A stretch of DNA of 39,925 nt, the filler included, from Vezdaea acicularis (taxonomy: Eukaryota), in assembly GCA_026025075.1 (NCBI GenBank). It is 10 parts of 10 records of this genome, joined end to end, with 100 filler letters (N's around TTAATTAATTAA, not from the genome) between each part and the next. Parts side by side here need not be neighbours in the genome. Positions count along the whole stretch, not along the records: positions 1 to 4,976 come from JAPEUI010000300.1; positions 5,077 to 9,969 come from JAPEUI010000301.1; positions 10,070 to 14,592 come from JAPEUI010000303.1; 7 more parts are not named here. One strand, written 5' to 3'. The translations under genes and the position numbers were made by a program. Positions 1 to 11,056 of this stretch are shown here, piece after piece. The notes beneath the pieces are model-generated. The model made no database searches. It saw only the letters and a list, made by a program, of their open reading frames with translations, and was not told the DNA's origin. Position 1 is the stretch's first letter. Each line of letters opens with the position of its first letter.

Positions 1-320
1 TCTGGAAGAGTTCTGCGATCTAGCACGACCAGTTTTGCAGCTCGCAGAGCTTCGGTCTCCTGATCGCCATCGATTCCTGACGCACGTACTTCAACCGTGT
101 AGGCTTCTCCCGGCTTGATGATCTGGACCCATTCCAGATCGGGGGGTGGTGCGGTGCCATGAATCCATTCCTTGCGTTGCACCCGCAGCATCACATCTTC
201 GGCAGCTTTGTTGGTGATATTGGGTCTCGGTACCCCTTCGATGATCTTCAGCTTTGGTGATAAGTTAGCATGATTGTTTTCAAAAAGCCGGTCAACTGGA
301 TCAAGCTCCGGGGGTGCCAT
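1..320 (-). CDS. Hypothetical protein, N-terminal part (runs off the window start)
   Basis: ATG at 320 opens a stop-free frame of 106 codons to the window edge (MAPPELDPVDRLFENN...KEWIHGTAPPPDLEWVQIIKPGEAYTVEVRAS...). No motif recognised. Confidence 0.4.
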   Translation of the reverse strand, partial: MAPPELDPVDRLFENNHANLSPKLKIIEGVPRPNITNKAAEDVMLRVQRKEWIHGTAPPPDLEWVQIIKPGEAYTVEVRASGIDGDQETEALRAAKLVVLDRRTLP

Positions 321-2060
321 GATCTAAATAGACGGAGTGCGACTTGGCAGTTTTGCATCGCGACTGAAGTATTCATGAGATGTATGATCGAATCAACTCG
401 AGAAGAGGACTAAGAAAGTCCGGTTCAAAACAGGTGCGAAACGCAACAAATCTTTGCCAACATTTGAATGAACGAGGTTCGCGATGCAAGTTCCATGATG
501 GAAAAACCAACGCTAGATGTAAGCCAACGCTAGGTAAGCCTAACTCCATTCGCTGAGAGCTTATCCTTATCCTAATGAGAATCTCAGACCCATCCGTAGT
601 CCGTCAAGTCATGGTCCTGAAATTATGGGCCGTTGTCCAGTGCGGAACTTCATCCATGGCAATGTTCATGTCTTCTACTCACTGTGACATAGCTTTCAAG
701 ATCATCAACCGAGCCTTGTCGAGATAGCTCAAGCGTATTGGAAAGACCACAAAACACCGAAGATACAAACTAGCGGAAAGAGATTGAATGGAAACATAAA
801 ACAGCTTTACGCAGGGGATTTTCCCTCTCAGTAGAGCTTGTCGTTTGGTCCGGGCGCAGGTTGTCGTTTCGGTACAGATATGAGATGACAGATGGCATAC
901 AACCATCGTTTTTGATGAATACTAAGAACATGTTACTTGCTGCCGTTCTTGAATGCCTACCGCGATGTAATACTGCGGCTGTTAGAGAGGTGGAAAATGT
1001 GAGAGAAGATATGCTCCAATCATACTTCACATGCTTCACATAGTCCACATGGTTCACATTCTTCGAAAGCCAGAAGACAAATCGCGAGGGCTTAGGCGCC
1101 TCTGCCAACGCCTGAAACCAGACCGCGTCGACGTCGGGGTCGTTCTCGCATTATTTTGATGTTGAAGAAGGCTTTCAGAAAGCATTGCCTTCAGCTTAGC
1201 GATGTCTACACGAATCTTTGCATCACTTCGATTACCCTGCTCAGATGCATCGCCGTCCAACTCCACTTACATCGATCGAATAAACATCTACCGGCATCAA
1301 ATAACTCTGCCGTGGCGGGACGCACCGATTATCAGGTAAGTATTCCTTCCGAATTGATTCTATGATAAGGCAGTGGCTTTAACAGTTGCCAGACCGAACC
1401 GGACCTTATCCGTTGCCCTCAACGTCTTTAATCACCTCTTGAGCAGGGTTGAGCTAAGTACCAGTGTGGAATCTTGTCGGATGATTATTTGCTGAAGATC
1501 CGCCTCCCAAAGAATGCCAGCTTTGTCACTGCGCAAGCATGAACAGCCGTCTAACCGTCATAACGTTTCGGCGCCTTCCTTCCGGCCAGTCACGCCCTTA
1601 CAAGCTGGAATGTCCGATTTCCTTCCGGACGGATCAACTGGTTCGTGCCATGGATTTGACTCTGTCCTTTGATCCACGTTACGGCTGCCTCCACGTCTTG
1701 CCTTGAGAGGGTTCGCTCACCATTTCTTTCAATCACTTGGTTCAATCACAAACAGGATGGAAGTCCTGTTTGGAATAGACATCCACAACAGAGGGAGTCT
1801 TCCTGATCGTAGGATACTTCTAATATTATTCTTCCGGTGCATCGCAGTCCTGACGGATTTTCTCCATCTCATTGTGATCATCTTTCCCTAAAAATGATTG
1901 GTTCATTTGACGAGATGTCAAAAACTGTGCGAGAGTCCCTATAGGGCCTCTCGCACGGTTTTTTACCAAATTTCAATCGAGTTATTCTCATCTTACTTCA
2001 GGCCGAAAGGCGTTGGCGGCAACGATGTGACAAAAGATATAGGCTCACGTTGCTCCATAC

Positions 2061-2595
2061 GCCTCATCTCACCTCTCGTCTTGCTCATCGCCCTTCGTCC
2101 TACTCATGTCTTGCCGGTCGTCTGGTCTCAACTCTTGAATTGCTGATCGCCTCGGCTCACCTCTGGTCTTGCCTATCGCCCCTTGTCTAACCTCTCGTCT
2201 TGCCGGTCGTCTGGCCTCAACTCTCGTCTTGCACGTCGCCCCGGCTCACCTCTGGTCTTGGCCATCGCCCCTTGTCTAACCTCTCGTCTTGCCGGTCGTC
2301 TGGCCTCAACTCTCGTCTTGCACGTCGCCCCGGCTCACCTCTGGTCTTGCCCATCGCCCCTTGTCTCACCTCTGGTCTTGCCCATCGCCCGTTCTCACCT
2401 CTTGTCTTGCCCGTTGCCCCGTTCCAATTCTTGTCTTTCCTGTCGCCCGTTCTCCCATCTCACTTTGCTGCGGATGCCTCATTTCACCGCTTGTCTTGCC
2501 GGTCGCCCTGTCTGTTAGCTTCCTTTGCTTCGTACGCCTCATCTCACCTTTCGTCTTGGCCGTCCCCCCGGCTGTCATCTTACTTTGCTCCCTCG
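2061..2595. repeat. Minisatellite, about 18 copies of a 29-31 bp unit with a higher-order 89-bp duplication
   Basis: Unit is approximately CCCYKKYTCACCTCTSGTCTTGCCSRTCG. The three-unit block at about 2179-2267 is repeated almost exactly at about 2268-2356. Copies diverge toward both ends. Confidence 0.92.
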
Positions 2596-4055
2596 AGATT
2601 GCGGCCCTCCTCCAAGTCATTCCATGTGTTGAATGAAAGACAGAAGGGTTGGAGATACTTGGAGATGTTGTCCTAAGATTATGATCTAAAGCCAAAGCCA
2701 TGGATAGTTCGACTGGGACGATAGTAGGTACTCACCGGTTTGTCTACTTGGTTCATGGCCCTATGCCGTCCAAGGTATGTTTCCATGGCGAGAAGGAAGT
2801 ATTAAGGTGGGAGTAAAGAGAGGATAGTCACGCGAGGTATACTGATATAGGAACTAACAGCCATAATAGGGCTAGGTAAGCTACTAACGTTAGGAGAAGA
2901 GTGATACTGGGTAAGATGAAAGGGATACCCATCGGTGGGTAAGTTCTATACCCATCTAAGTATTGTGAAACTGGCTGACGCTCTACTGTCGGATGAGTTG
3001 CACTGGCCTTCAATCCCACACAACCAGATGGAAGAGGCATGGCTGGGCAACGACAGCCCATACAAATCGCACTTTCCAGGCACAGGGCACCATCTCAATA
3101 CCCGTCGATGATATTTGGCTTGGGCCAACCGCTCCAGTCATGGTTTCTCCATTGAGCGAAAAGGACAATCACGTGATTTCTCGGTCACGTGTTATCCCCA
3201 GTTGGTATAATCGAGCGAGGTTTGTCACATTATAAGCTTGGATGATGCTCTAATCGCAACGCAAAAAGTCATCATCACGTGGTTTTCACTTTCAACCACG
3301 TGTTTTCTCCCCCTTTCAAGTGGTCGAACAAATAGATAGCGCCTGAGCAAACAGCGGGCATATCTATCCGTCCGTATGCGTTGTTCTTAGCAGTTCCAAG
3401 ATCCTTAGCCATCGGGTAGTACTGCGACTTTACTCTCTTTGGAATAACATCTTCTGGGCTATGCCCGCGGCCCGGCAAAGCTGCCATTCTCCTTTAAGTG
3501 TGTACTACAGTAAGTATTGAAGGTGGACCAGAATCAAAATTGCACTTCGCAACACTAGTAGATTACCCCTTTTAACGATCTAACTTGGATCACTTGACAC
3601 ATGAAGAAAAGGCCACCACTGCCTTCCGAAGGCAGTTTCGAAATAGCATCAACTATATTGTGCTAAACAGCCAGCACCGCATAGCCTACCCTAAATACCT
3701 ACGCCGGATACCATAGTAGCGTTTTATTATGGGGAAACCGTATCTTATGCAGCATCAATTGCTTCAAACCTCTGGTAGCGCAGCTTAGCAAACATAGATG
3801 AATTCGCTAAGTGGGCCAATAGGCAAGCTGTCTCTGCCTAACCCTAACCCTCTCCCCCCCTCCCCCCACCAAAATATTTCCAGGGACGCGTGGCGATGCC
3901 CACGAACTTTCATTTTTTTTTTCCGTCGAGAGCATAACGAGATCCTAAGCAGCAACAGTCTCTATCCTACTCGGTCTCTCGCTGTCTCTCTCTTCTTTCG
4001 TCTGGAAAAGCCGTACTTTTCTATCTCCTTGTCCCATTGGTCTTCAGTCTCCAAG

Positions 4056-4976
4056 ATGGTGAAGTCCACCCAGATGGTGAAATTGGCAGCGTGGGTTTTG
4101 CCTAACCCTGAGAACGCTGAGGATACTCGAGCAGGCAGTGCGAACAAATTTCGAGCCTGGCTGGAGGTTTTTGATAAAGCACACCCGGAACTTCGGGCAG
4201 GAACGAAGGATCTCATCAAGCATATCGAACTCTTTCTTTCCAGTCACGTCCCAGGACCATCGAAGTCAGTTGAGTCTACACCGTCATCTCCAGCCATTTC
4301 GCCTGCCTCTTCTGGTCCCCCGATTGAGTCTCTTCAGACAAAAAGACTTTCCTTGGTCGAGGTAAGAGCTTCCTCTACCCGATCTTTGACCGTCTCAGCT
4401 AACTTCCTTTAGACCGATATACCTTTGTCGCCACAGGAAGAAACGCTCTCAGCGCCACCTTCGACCGTCCTGCCTGCTTTGGCAAATGAATATCTTCCGG
4501 CTCCTCGATCTTCCTTGGCAAAGCCAAGAGCTATTGCCACGCGTTTAAAGACACCGATGAAAGCTCCCTCGGCACCTGCTCACATTTTAACGAATTCTGA
4601 TGGTTCCGAAGACGAGGGAGAGGAAGACAATGAGCAAAAGAAGGAGGAAAAGAGGGCTCTTCTCAGGGAAGCACGCCAGGCCAAGCCAAAAGCTGCCCCT
4701 CGAGCCAGACGAACGTGGAGTCGATTCAACGTAGAACAAGACAAGCTCACGGACGTTGAACGCCCTAGCGAAAGTTACAATGAAGCAACCAAGAAGATAC
4801 TGGCCAAGATTCCTCAAGGGGCACGTCGCTATGCTCGGGGTTCCTTGAAAGTAACTCTGGATAAAGATGCTTATAAGTGTCTGGGTTCCCGCCGATGGTT
4901 GAGTGGAGGGGTTATGATAGCTCTACTGAGCTTGCTTGAACTACCTTCTGGTGTGCAAATCTTTCATTTGGATACG
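4056..4976 (+). CDS. Putative Ulp1-like (C48) SUMO/ubiquitin-like peptidase, 3'-truncated by the contig end
   Basis: ATG at 4056. Intron 4362-4412 (GTAAGA...GCTAAC...TAG) joins two ORFs in frame. After a low-complexity acidic/basic region, the final residues VTLDKDAYKCLGSRRWLSGGVMIALLSLL match the start of Ulp1 domains (L..D...L....WL.D.VI...L.LL). The catalytic triad would lie beyond the contig end. Confidence 0.5.
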
Positions 4977-5076
4977 NNNNNNNNNNNNNNNNNNNNNNNN
5001 NNNNNNNNNNNNNNNNNNNNTTAATTAATTAANNNNNNNNNNNNNNNNNNNNNNNNNNNNNNNNNNNNNNNNNNNN
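4977..5076. other. Artificial contig spacer N44-TTAATTAATTAA-N44 (first of nine)
   Basis: Identical 100-nt spacers occur at 4977-5076, 9970-10069, 14593-14692, 19148-19247, 23582-23681, 28005-28104, 32308-32407, 34979-35078 and 37543-37642. The core puts stops in all six frames. Confidence 0.99.
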
Positions 5077-6026
5077 CAATCAAACTCAGCCATGGATAAG
5101 GATTGCTGAGGTTCTTGCGGAATTAAAGTGGGTGTGGGCGAGAATGTTGTTCTGGGAGGGCTTAGAAGATCAGATTGAAGACGCTAGCTTCTAGTTAGCC
5201 ATAAAGAAGACGTAACTGTTGGAAGTGATACGTACCTTGAGATAGTACGTTTTATATATGTGCATATCGACTCCAATCGATCGTATGAAGTCTTTTGCTT
5301 CTGCGCTGCTTGGTACAGGGAGAAAATCTTTCTCCAGCAGCAATCTCTCCTGCATTTTGGTAGCCATTTGAACTCTTCAAGATGCGTGTCACTTGGGGGT
5401 GTTGACTTCTATAAGCTGGCGATGAAGTTTAATAAAACAAGAGTAGATATGTATTGACTGGGTTCTTGATGCGTAAGACAGACTGCATTATTCCTAATCA
5501 TGAAGGAGGGTAGCGCGTCATGCGGGGTCAATGTTAGGGCAATAGAATGCCAAGACCCAATCATTTCGTAATTAGGATGAGGAACGTAAAGGGTCGTAAG
5601 GAGAAAAAATCGGCCTGTCATTGAAAGCACCAAATTCGGGTGGGAGGCCAAGAAAAAGCATTTCGGCTCTCACAACAACCTACAAAGACCGGTTGATTGC
5701 CCCTCAAGCGCTTAACCGCTCCAGTGTTGGAATCCTCCACCACATGATCGATCCCCATTGGCATATCTTTTGACTCAACCACACGGGCATAAAGAGATAT
5801 CTCGTTCTCAATCAATGCTTTAAGTAAAGCTGTTAAAGATCTAGTCCTGTTGCCACTAAACGCAGGTGAGCGAAACCTTTGACCGACTTGAAGCGTTTCA
5901 AGCGCCTGTCAATATTCTGAACGTCGATAAAAAACATCGCTGATACATGGCGTCTAAATTGTCTCTGATCTTGCCGCGGACTTCAGAATTTTTAGCTAAT
6001 CTGACCATTGGCAACTTCATAGCAAT

Positions 6027-7066
6027 ATGGAATCGGGGCAAGGGGAATATTGGTGGAGTCAAATTGATCTACGCTCTTCAAGAAAGAAGCTCCCCCAGCA
6101 CATTGCGAAAGTCATCGCGAAATGGACACTTGAGCACGATCAGATCAAGAAAACGGATTGTGGGAAGAAGGGCGAAGACGCTCTGAAGAATTGGGATAGG
6201 TTGATGGAGTTGATCGATATCTCCAAGTGCGAAGACAAAGGTCAAAAGCAAGCGCTGGACAAGATGATCAAGAATCATGTATACAATTGTGGAGTTCAAT
6301 ACTCAAACAATGGGGCGTACGAGGACCGCGAGGTTTTCATATTGGATGATGACGACGAATTGGACCGCGACCCAACCAAGAGAAGGGAGTTGGAAAGAGG
6401 GGTAGAGCGCGTGTGGGCACCCTGGACGAGAAGGTGGTTCAGTTCTGCTTGGGATGGTGATACCAAGCCTCCTCAGAGTGTAACCAAAAAGGAACCACCA
6501 TTGTATTTAACGGCAAGAGCTGCCATACGGAAAGCTTTACCGCATCTGACAGAAGAACACAAGCAACTGCTAATCGAACTAATCAACGAAAAGCCTCGCA
6601 TGCCAAGCATATCTAGCGAGAATGACGAGAGCTTGCCTGCTCATCAATTGAAGAGAACGTACGAGGATGTTGGTACGTGATTTGAAACCTTCGCAAGTGT
6701 AATGAACGAATATAGATTGACATGTGCACAATAGATACGGGACATGAGGCTTTAGCTAGTGTTGAGATCCAAGAGACTGGGACCAACGAAGTCGAAGAAC
6801 AGGTAACGAATGAAGTCGAAGAACAGGTTACAAATGAAGTCGAAGAACAGGTTACGAACACAGAAGAGTTTGGGATGCAGGGTTAGTGCTCCAGTATTGT
6901 CTTATTCGGGCTCACCTAACCCTAAATTATAGAAAATGGCAACTCTGGCAATGAAAAGGAGCACGATGAGAGAGAGCTTTTGGATATGGCTCATAAGCCG
7001 AAGAAGACAAAGCCTAACTCTACTAATCGACGCACCGCAAGAAGTCGTGGTGGACGCAAAGCATGA
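6027..7066 (+). CDS. Hypothetical multi-exon protein with acidic repeats and a basic C-terminus
   Basis: A 217-codon ORF is extended in frame through introns 6673-6734 (GTACGT...TAG) and 6882-6932 (GTTAGT...CCTAAC...TAG) to ...KPKKTKPNSTNRRTARSRGGRKA* at 7066. The 5' end is uncertain because a GCTAAT...TAG acceptor lies at 6022. Confidence 0.55.
6782..6859 (+). repeat. Coding tandem repeat, about 3.2 x 24 bp (TNEVEEQV)
   Basis: ACNAAYGAAGTCGAAGAACAGGTW occurs three times, varying only at third codon positions. Confidence 0.9.
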
Positions 7067-7292
7067 ATAGTATTCTCCTTCTTGTCACATGGATGAGCTA
7101 TCCTGGTGGAATTGTAATCTCTCCAAAGCATGTGGGTAATACAACTATGTATCTTTGTATTACGGTAGAAGAGATTTTCAGTCTTGTATACTATATTGTT
7201 TGTACATAGTGCAAATGGACAGTTTCTACACATCATACTGAGCCAAGACATCCGCAGCTAAGTAGTTGAGCATGACAGGAAACCGAGGGAGT

Positions 7293-7770
7293 CTAATGCG
7301 CTTGAAGCGCAAGTTAAAGACCACGTTTCACGAAGAGGTCATTTTTGGGCTGCAATCTATAGCGCTTAAAGCACTCAACGCGCTTGACACGACACTTTGG
7401 TGAGGGCTTAGGCATGAAGTTAGGACTTATCGGGACTAATGCGCTTAAAGCGCAAGGTTAGAAACCACGTTCCACCCCAAGGGGTCATTTTGGGGCCGCA
7501 ATCTACAGCGCTCAAAAGCACTTAATGCGCTTGACACGACACTTTGGCGAGGGCTTAGGTATGAAGTCAGGACTTATTGGAACTAACGCGCTTAAAGCGC
7601 AAGGTTAGAAACCACGTTCCACCCCAAGGGGTCATTTTGGGGCCGCAATCTACAGCGCTCAAAGCACTTAACGCGCTTGACACGACGCTTTGGCGAGGGC
7701 TTAGGCATGAAGTCAGGAATTATCGGGACTAATGCGCTTAAAGCGCAAGTAGAAAATGACGTTTCAACGA
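7293..7770. repeat. Tandem repeat, about 3.3 copies of a 143-147 bp unit
   Basis: Copies begin at 7293, 7436, 7583 and 7729 with CTAAYGCGCTTRAAGCGCAAG. All three full copies share the internal block GCGCTTGACACGACRCTTTGGYGAGGGCTTAGG. Confidence 0.93.
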
Positions 7771-8030
7771 GATTTTGATTGACACACCAGTTATCACGCT
7801 CAACGCGCTCAAAGTGCACGCACATCAGGGCTTGCTTGCGGTTTTTCTTTTGAATCTTGCAATAAAATCACTATCACACGCGAAGTTAATGGGCAACATG
7901 TACAGTGATGAGATGATGATTGGTTCCATGTGGCCCCGTTTCCTAGAACACGACACTAGCCCTAGTGTAGCAACCCTCCTTTGACTTACCCATTGGTCTA
8001 CTACAATCAGAGGCGCCATAATACATACTA

Positions 8031-9969
8031 TTAATTATGGAGGCGCACTGGCCTCGTCGGTCGGAATTGTTCAGAGCACCACGACAGCCACCGAGTCCAG
8101 ACGCCCGGCCACGACAAAGGCCAAGGCAAAAGGAAAAAGGAAAAAGTGAGTCGTCCGAGAATTGAATGCTCCTCTGAACCAAAACACATGCTTGGTGATG
8201 CTTCTCCATCAAGGTGCAATACCACTTTATTGATGTTTATTTCTTTGAAGAAAAGGTATGTGTACGCCTCTCTGTTCATAGCGCGCTGCAGTGAGGATCT
8301 AGAGATTTGTCTGGTCCAGTGCTCTGTGCTGATGCACTCTTTATGCCATTAGCCGTTCTTTGCTTTCAATGCCTTAACGTGTTCGTGATGATATGTCTGG
8401 TCATTTGGTCTCATAACGTGTGTCGTTGCTTTTGCACCTTCGTTGATGCTATCATTCGTTATTCTGCAACTAGACATAACCCGTGGATGATCGCGTGTAT
8501 GTGACTGCCCCGGAAAGGGAATTTCTTCTGTCAAGCCAATCGTAGTTATATGGCCATTTTCAGTCACTTCGTTTTCGTTGAAATGAAGAATAGTATTGGC
8601 CTGCCGCCAGTCAAGAATACTATGACGTGCATAATCGATTTCATTTGGTGATAAGGATAGCTTGAGATTTTTCTCCCATGCACAAGCATCATGCGTCCAT
8701 GACGAAAGTGACGCTGGTAAAGATTGAGATCTCAACCTTGCCTTATTTTCACTACAATTGTATAGCGAATCAGGCGGTGTTGGCATGCCGACTTCATCTG
8801 ATATTGAACCATCCGGAGTACTAGAAGCAGCAGGAGAGCATAATCGCATGATACTGTCACATGATGTGAAACCATCATGAACAGTAGAAGACGTGGGTGA
8901 AATAGCATGCACGCAACCACGTAGAGTTGAGGTCAATTCTGTCCTATCTGAGAGTACCATTGAGTCTACATCAAACATAAGTTCATCCATGGGAGCTGGA
9001 TGGATCTAAGTTTGGCCGTTAGCATCCTTAAAAAATGGCTGGAGAAAACCCAACACGTGCAGATGGCGGAAATACCTGGTAAAATCGATGGTAGTCATGA
9101 TTGGGAAGTAGATATCGGCAGGCATAAAGGTGCTCTATACCCAAAAATATGCGGTCCTCTTGATTGCTCCAATAAGCAATCTTGAGCCACTCCTGCAGGT
9201 CTTCATGTCCTCGCATTTGAGCTTGCCCAAAGTCGACTTGCACAGGCTGATATCCAGATCCGGCGTCTTTGCGTAATAGCCAGTCTCTTGCGACAGCATC
9301 GTGATTGATAACTCCAAGCCTGGCAATTCTATGAAGTGTCCCTAATGTGGCTTGATAGACCTTGTGGAACTCTGAAGGGGGAAGATGCTGCGCAACATCC
9401 TCCAAGCTTTGCCCATCAATATACTCAAGTAGAAGGGCGCCACAAGGAAGAGAAATAATATCGGATGGCTTTCCAGGTGCGTCAATCACCATGGCAGCAT
9501 ACATGAAAGGTAATTCTTTGCCTTGCATTGAGCGGAGACGCTCATATGCAGTACGCTCCTTACCCCAAGCATCCATGACAGCGTGTTGAAGTATTGCTTC
9601 TTGAGCTCAAGCCTCTGCCCCTTCGGAAAGTCCGCTCTCCTCCTCCTCATCCTCCTCTGCTCCCTCTTCTTCATCCGATTCATCATCTAGATCGAAATGC
9701 TTATCCCCCGAGGTTTCAGGTTCTGACTCTTCGATGGATTCTTCGGAATGGCTTATTTGACGTGCGGAGGCCCAACCTTTTGCGACAAAATACTGATAGT
9801 AACGCTCCAACAACAAAGTGTACTTGCCAGCCATTTGGCTGTGGCGATAGTTGTGACAGTAGCGACGATCGTAAATCTTCAATATTGCCTGTTTTGGAAG
9901 CTCTGTGAAGGCATCCGAGGTTTCATTGACGACAATAAGTAAAACAACAGCCACAGTCACCGGCCAGAC
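8031..9969 (-). pseudogene. Fungal protein kinase-like (PKL fold) gene with a long C-terminal extension, interrupted by in-frame stop(s); 5' end off the contig
   Basis: Motifs are AILKIYDRR, E..AYERL..MQG, ALLLEYIDG, GVINHDAVARD and VDFGQA. An in-frame TGA at 9607-9609 splits the kinase domain. Phase-0 intron 9006-9075 (GTATTT...GCTAAC...TAG) fuses it to ORF 8349-8990. After TAA at 8349-8351 the same frame stays open to 8031. Confidence 0.65.
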
Positions 9970-10069
9970 NNNNNNNNNNNNNNNNNNNNNNNNNNNNNNN
10001 NNNNNNNNNNNNNTTAATTAATTAANNNNNNNNNNNNNNNNNNNNNNNNNNNNNNNNNNNNNNNNNNNN

Positions 10070-11056
10070 TTGCAACCCAGGATCCAGCTCACCAAGCTTC
10101 ATTTCTGGTGGTTCCCAAACTATCTTACTCTCCGATTGGCAACATGCAGTGCTGACATATGATCCGTTGCACGGACATGCTGGAGCAAGTGATCCGCTGT
10201 ACTCGTCGCGGCCACTCAACCCTGATAAGAACCCAAGTCCACATCCTATTATCGAGAATTCTCGTGTTCGAGGGTCGACCTTGCTTGCCAAGCAGCCACA
10301 GCCAGCTATACCAGTATGGGAACAGCTGAACTTTTTGCATTTCCTTGGCGATGAACCACACGAATTATAGCCATCAATGGACCCTATCGAAGAGCTTCCT
10401 TCGGCCGCGCCAGCTCCTTTCCCAGGAAACGCACCCTCCGCCGAGTTGAACAGGCCGTTCTTGAGGTCTTGTGGTAGCCCACCCTGAGAAGGGTTCTTGT
10501 GGGAATATCTGCGTTTGGGCTCTTTGACCACCTGATCTCTACCATCGCAGAAACAATGCAGCTCACACCACGTCGTGTAATGGAGGTCGAGGAAAGCGTC
10601 GTATAGGAGTTCGTCCCGCGCGAGTGTATCTCGCGGCGTCAACGCATCAAAGTCGAATTCGTTTGAAGCGGGAGAGCCATCAAGTATTTGAAAGACACAC
10701 CGGCCACCAAGATTGCCCATCGGATGACCGCCATATCTCCTAGCACTGCAGAGTGTCTGGGCCGACTTGTACTCGTCGGGTCTGTCATTTATGACTGCGC
10801 CTCGAATGTGCAGAGGAACCTCTCCCTCGCATCGGGGAGCATATTCACTGTGTACCACCACGAATCTCGACCTTTTCCTTCGATTAGTAACGCAACTAGA
10901 TCCGAATAGCTTTCGTTTCGACTGGTTTATTGGGAGACTCGAGCCGCCCATGCCTGACGGCCTATCCAAGCACCTGTTCCTCGAGATATCCTCATCGTTG
11001 AGTGTGCCGATGACGCATGTAGCAGTCATCCACAGAAGGGCAACCACCCATTTCAT
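10070..11056 (-). CDS. Secreted cysteine-rich protein of unknown function (stop codon lies off the contig)
   Basis: Signal-peptide-like start MKWVVALLWMTATCVIG, dibasic sites (RKR, RRKR, KRR), more than 20 Cys, and a C-terminal motif CPCNGSYVSTACC...VWEPPEMKLGEL. Intronless, 329 codons. Confidence 0.75.

Noticed and set aside
2061..2595. CRISPR-like appearance of the ~30-bp repeats
   Set aside because: The units are head-to-tail with no unique spacers, there are no cas genes, and the context is eukaryotic.
2183..2676. Overlapping plus-strand ORFs of 111-158 aa
   Set aside because: They are by-products of a stop-poor tandem repeat.
3835..3850. CCTAACCCTAACCC telomere-like repeat
   Set aside because: Only about two units at an internal position, which is compatible with chance.
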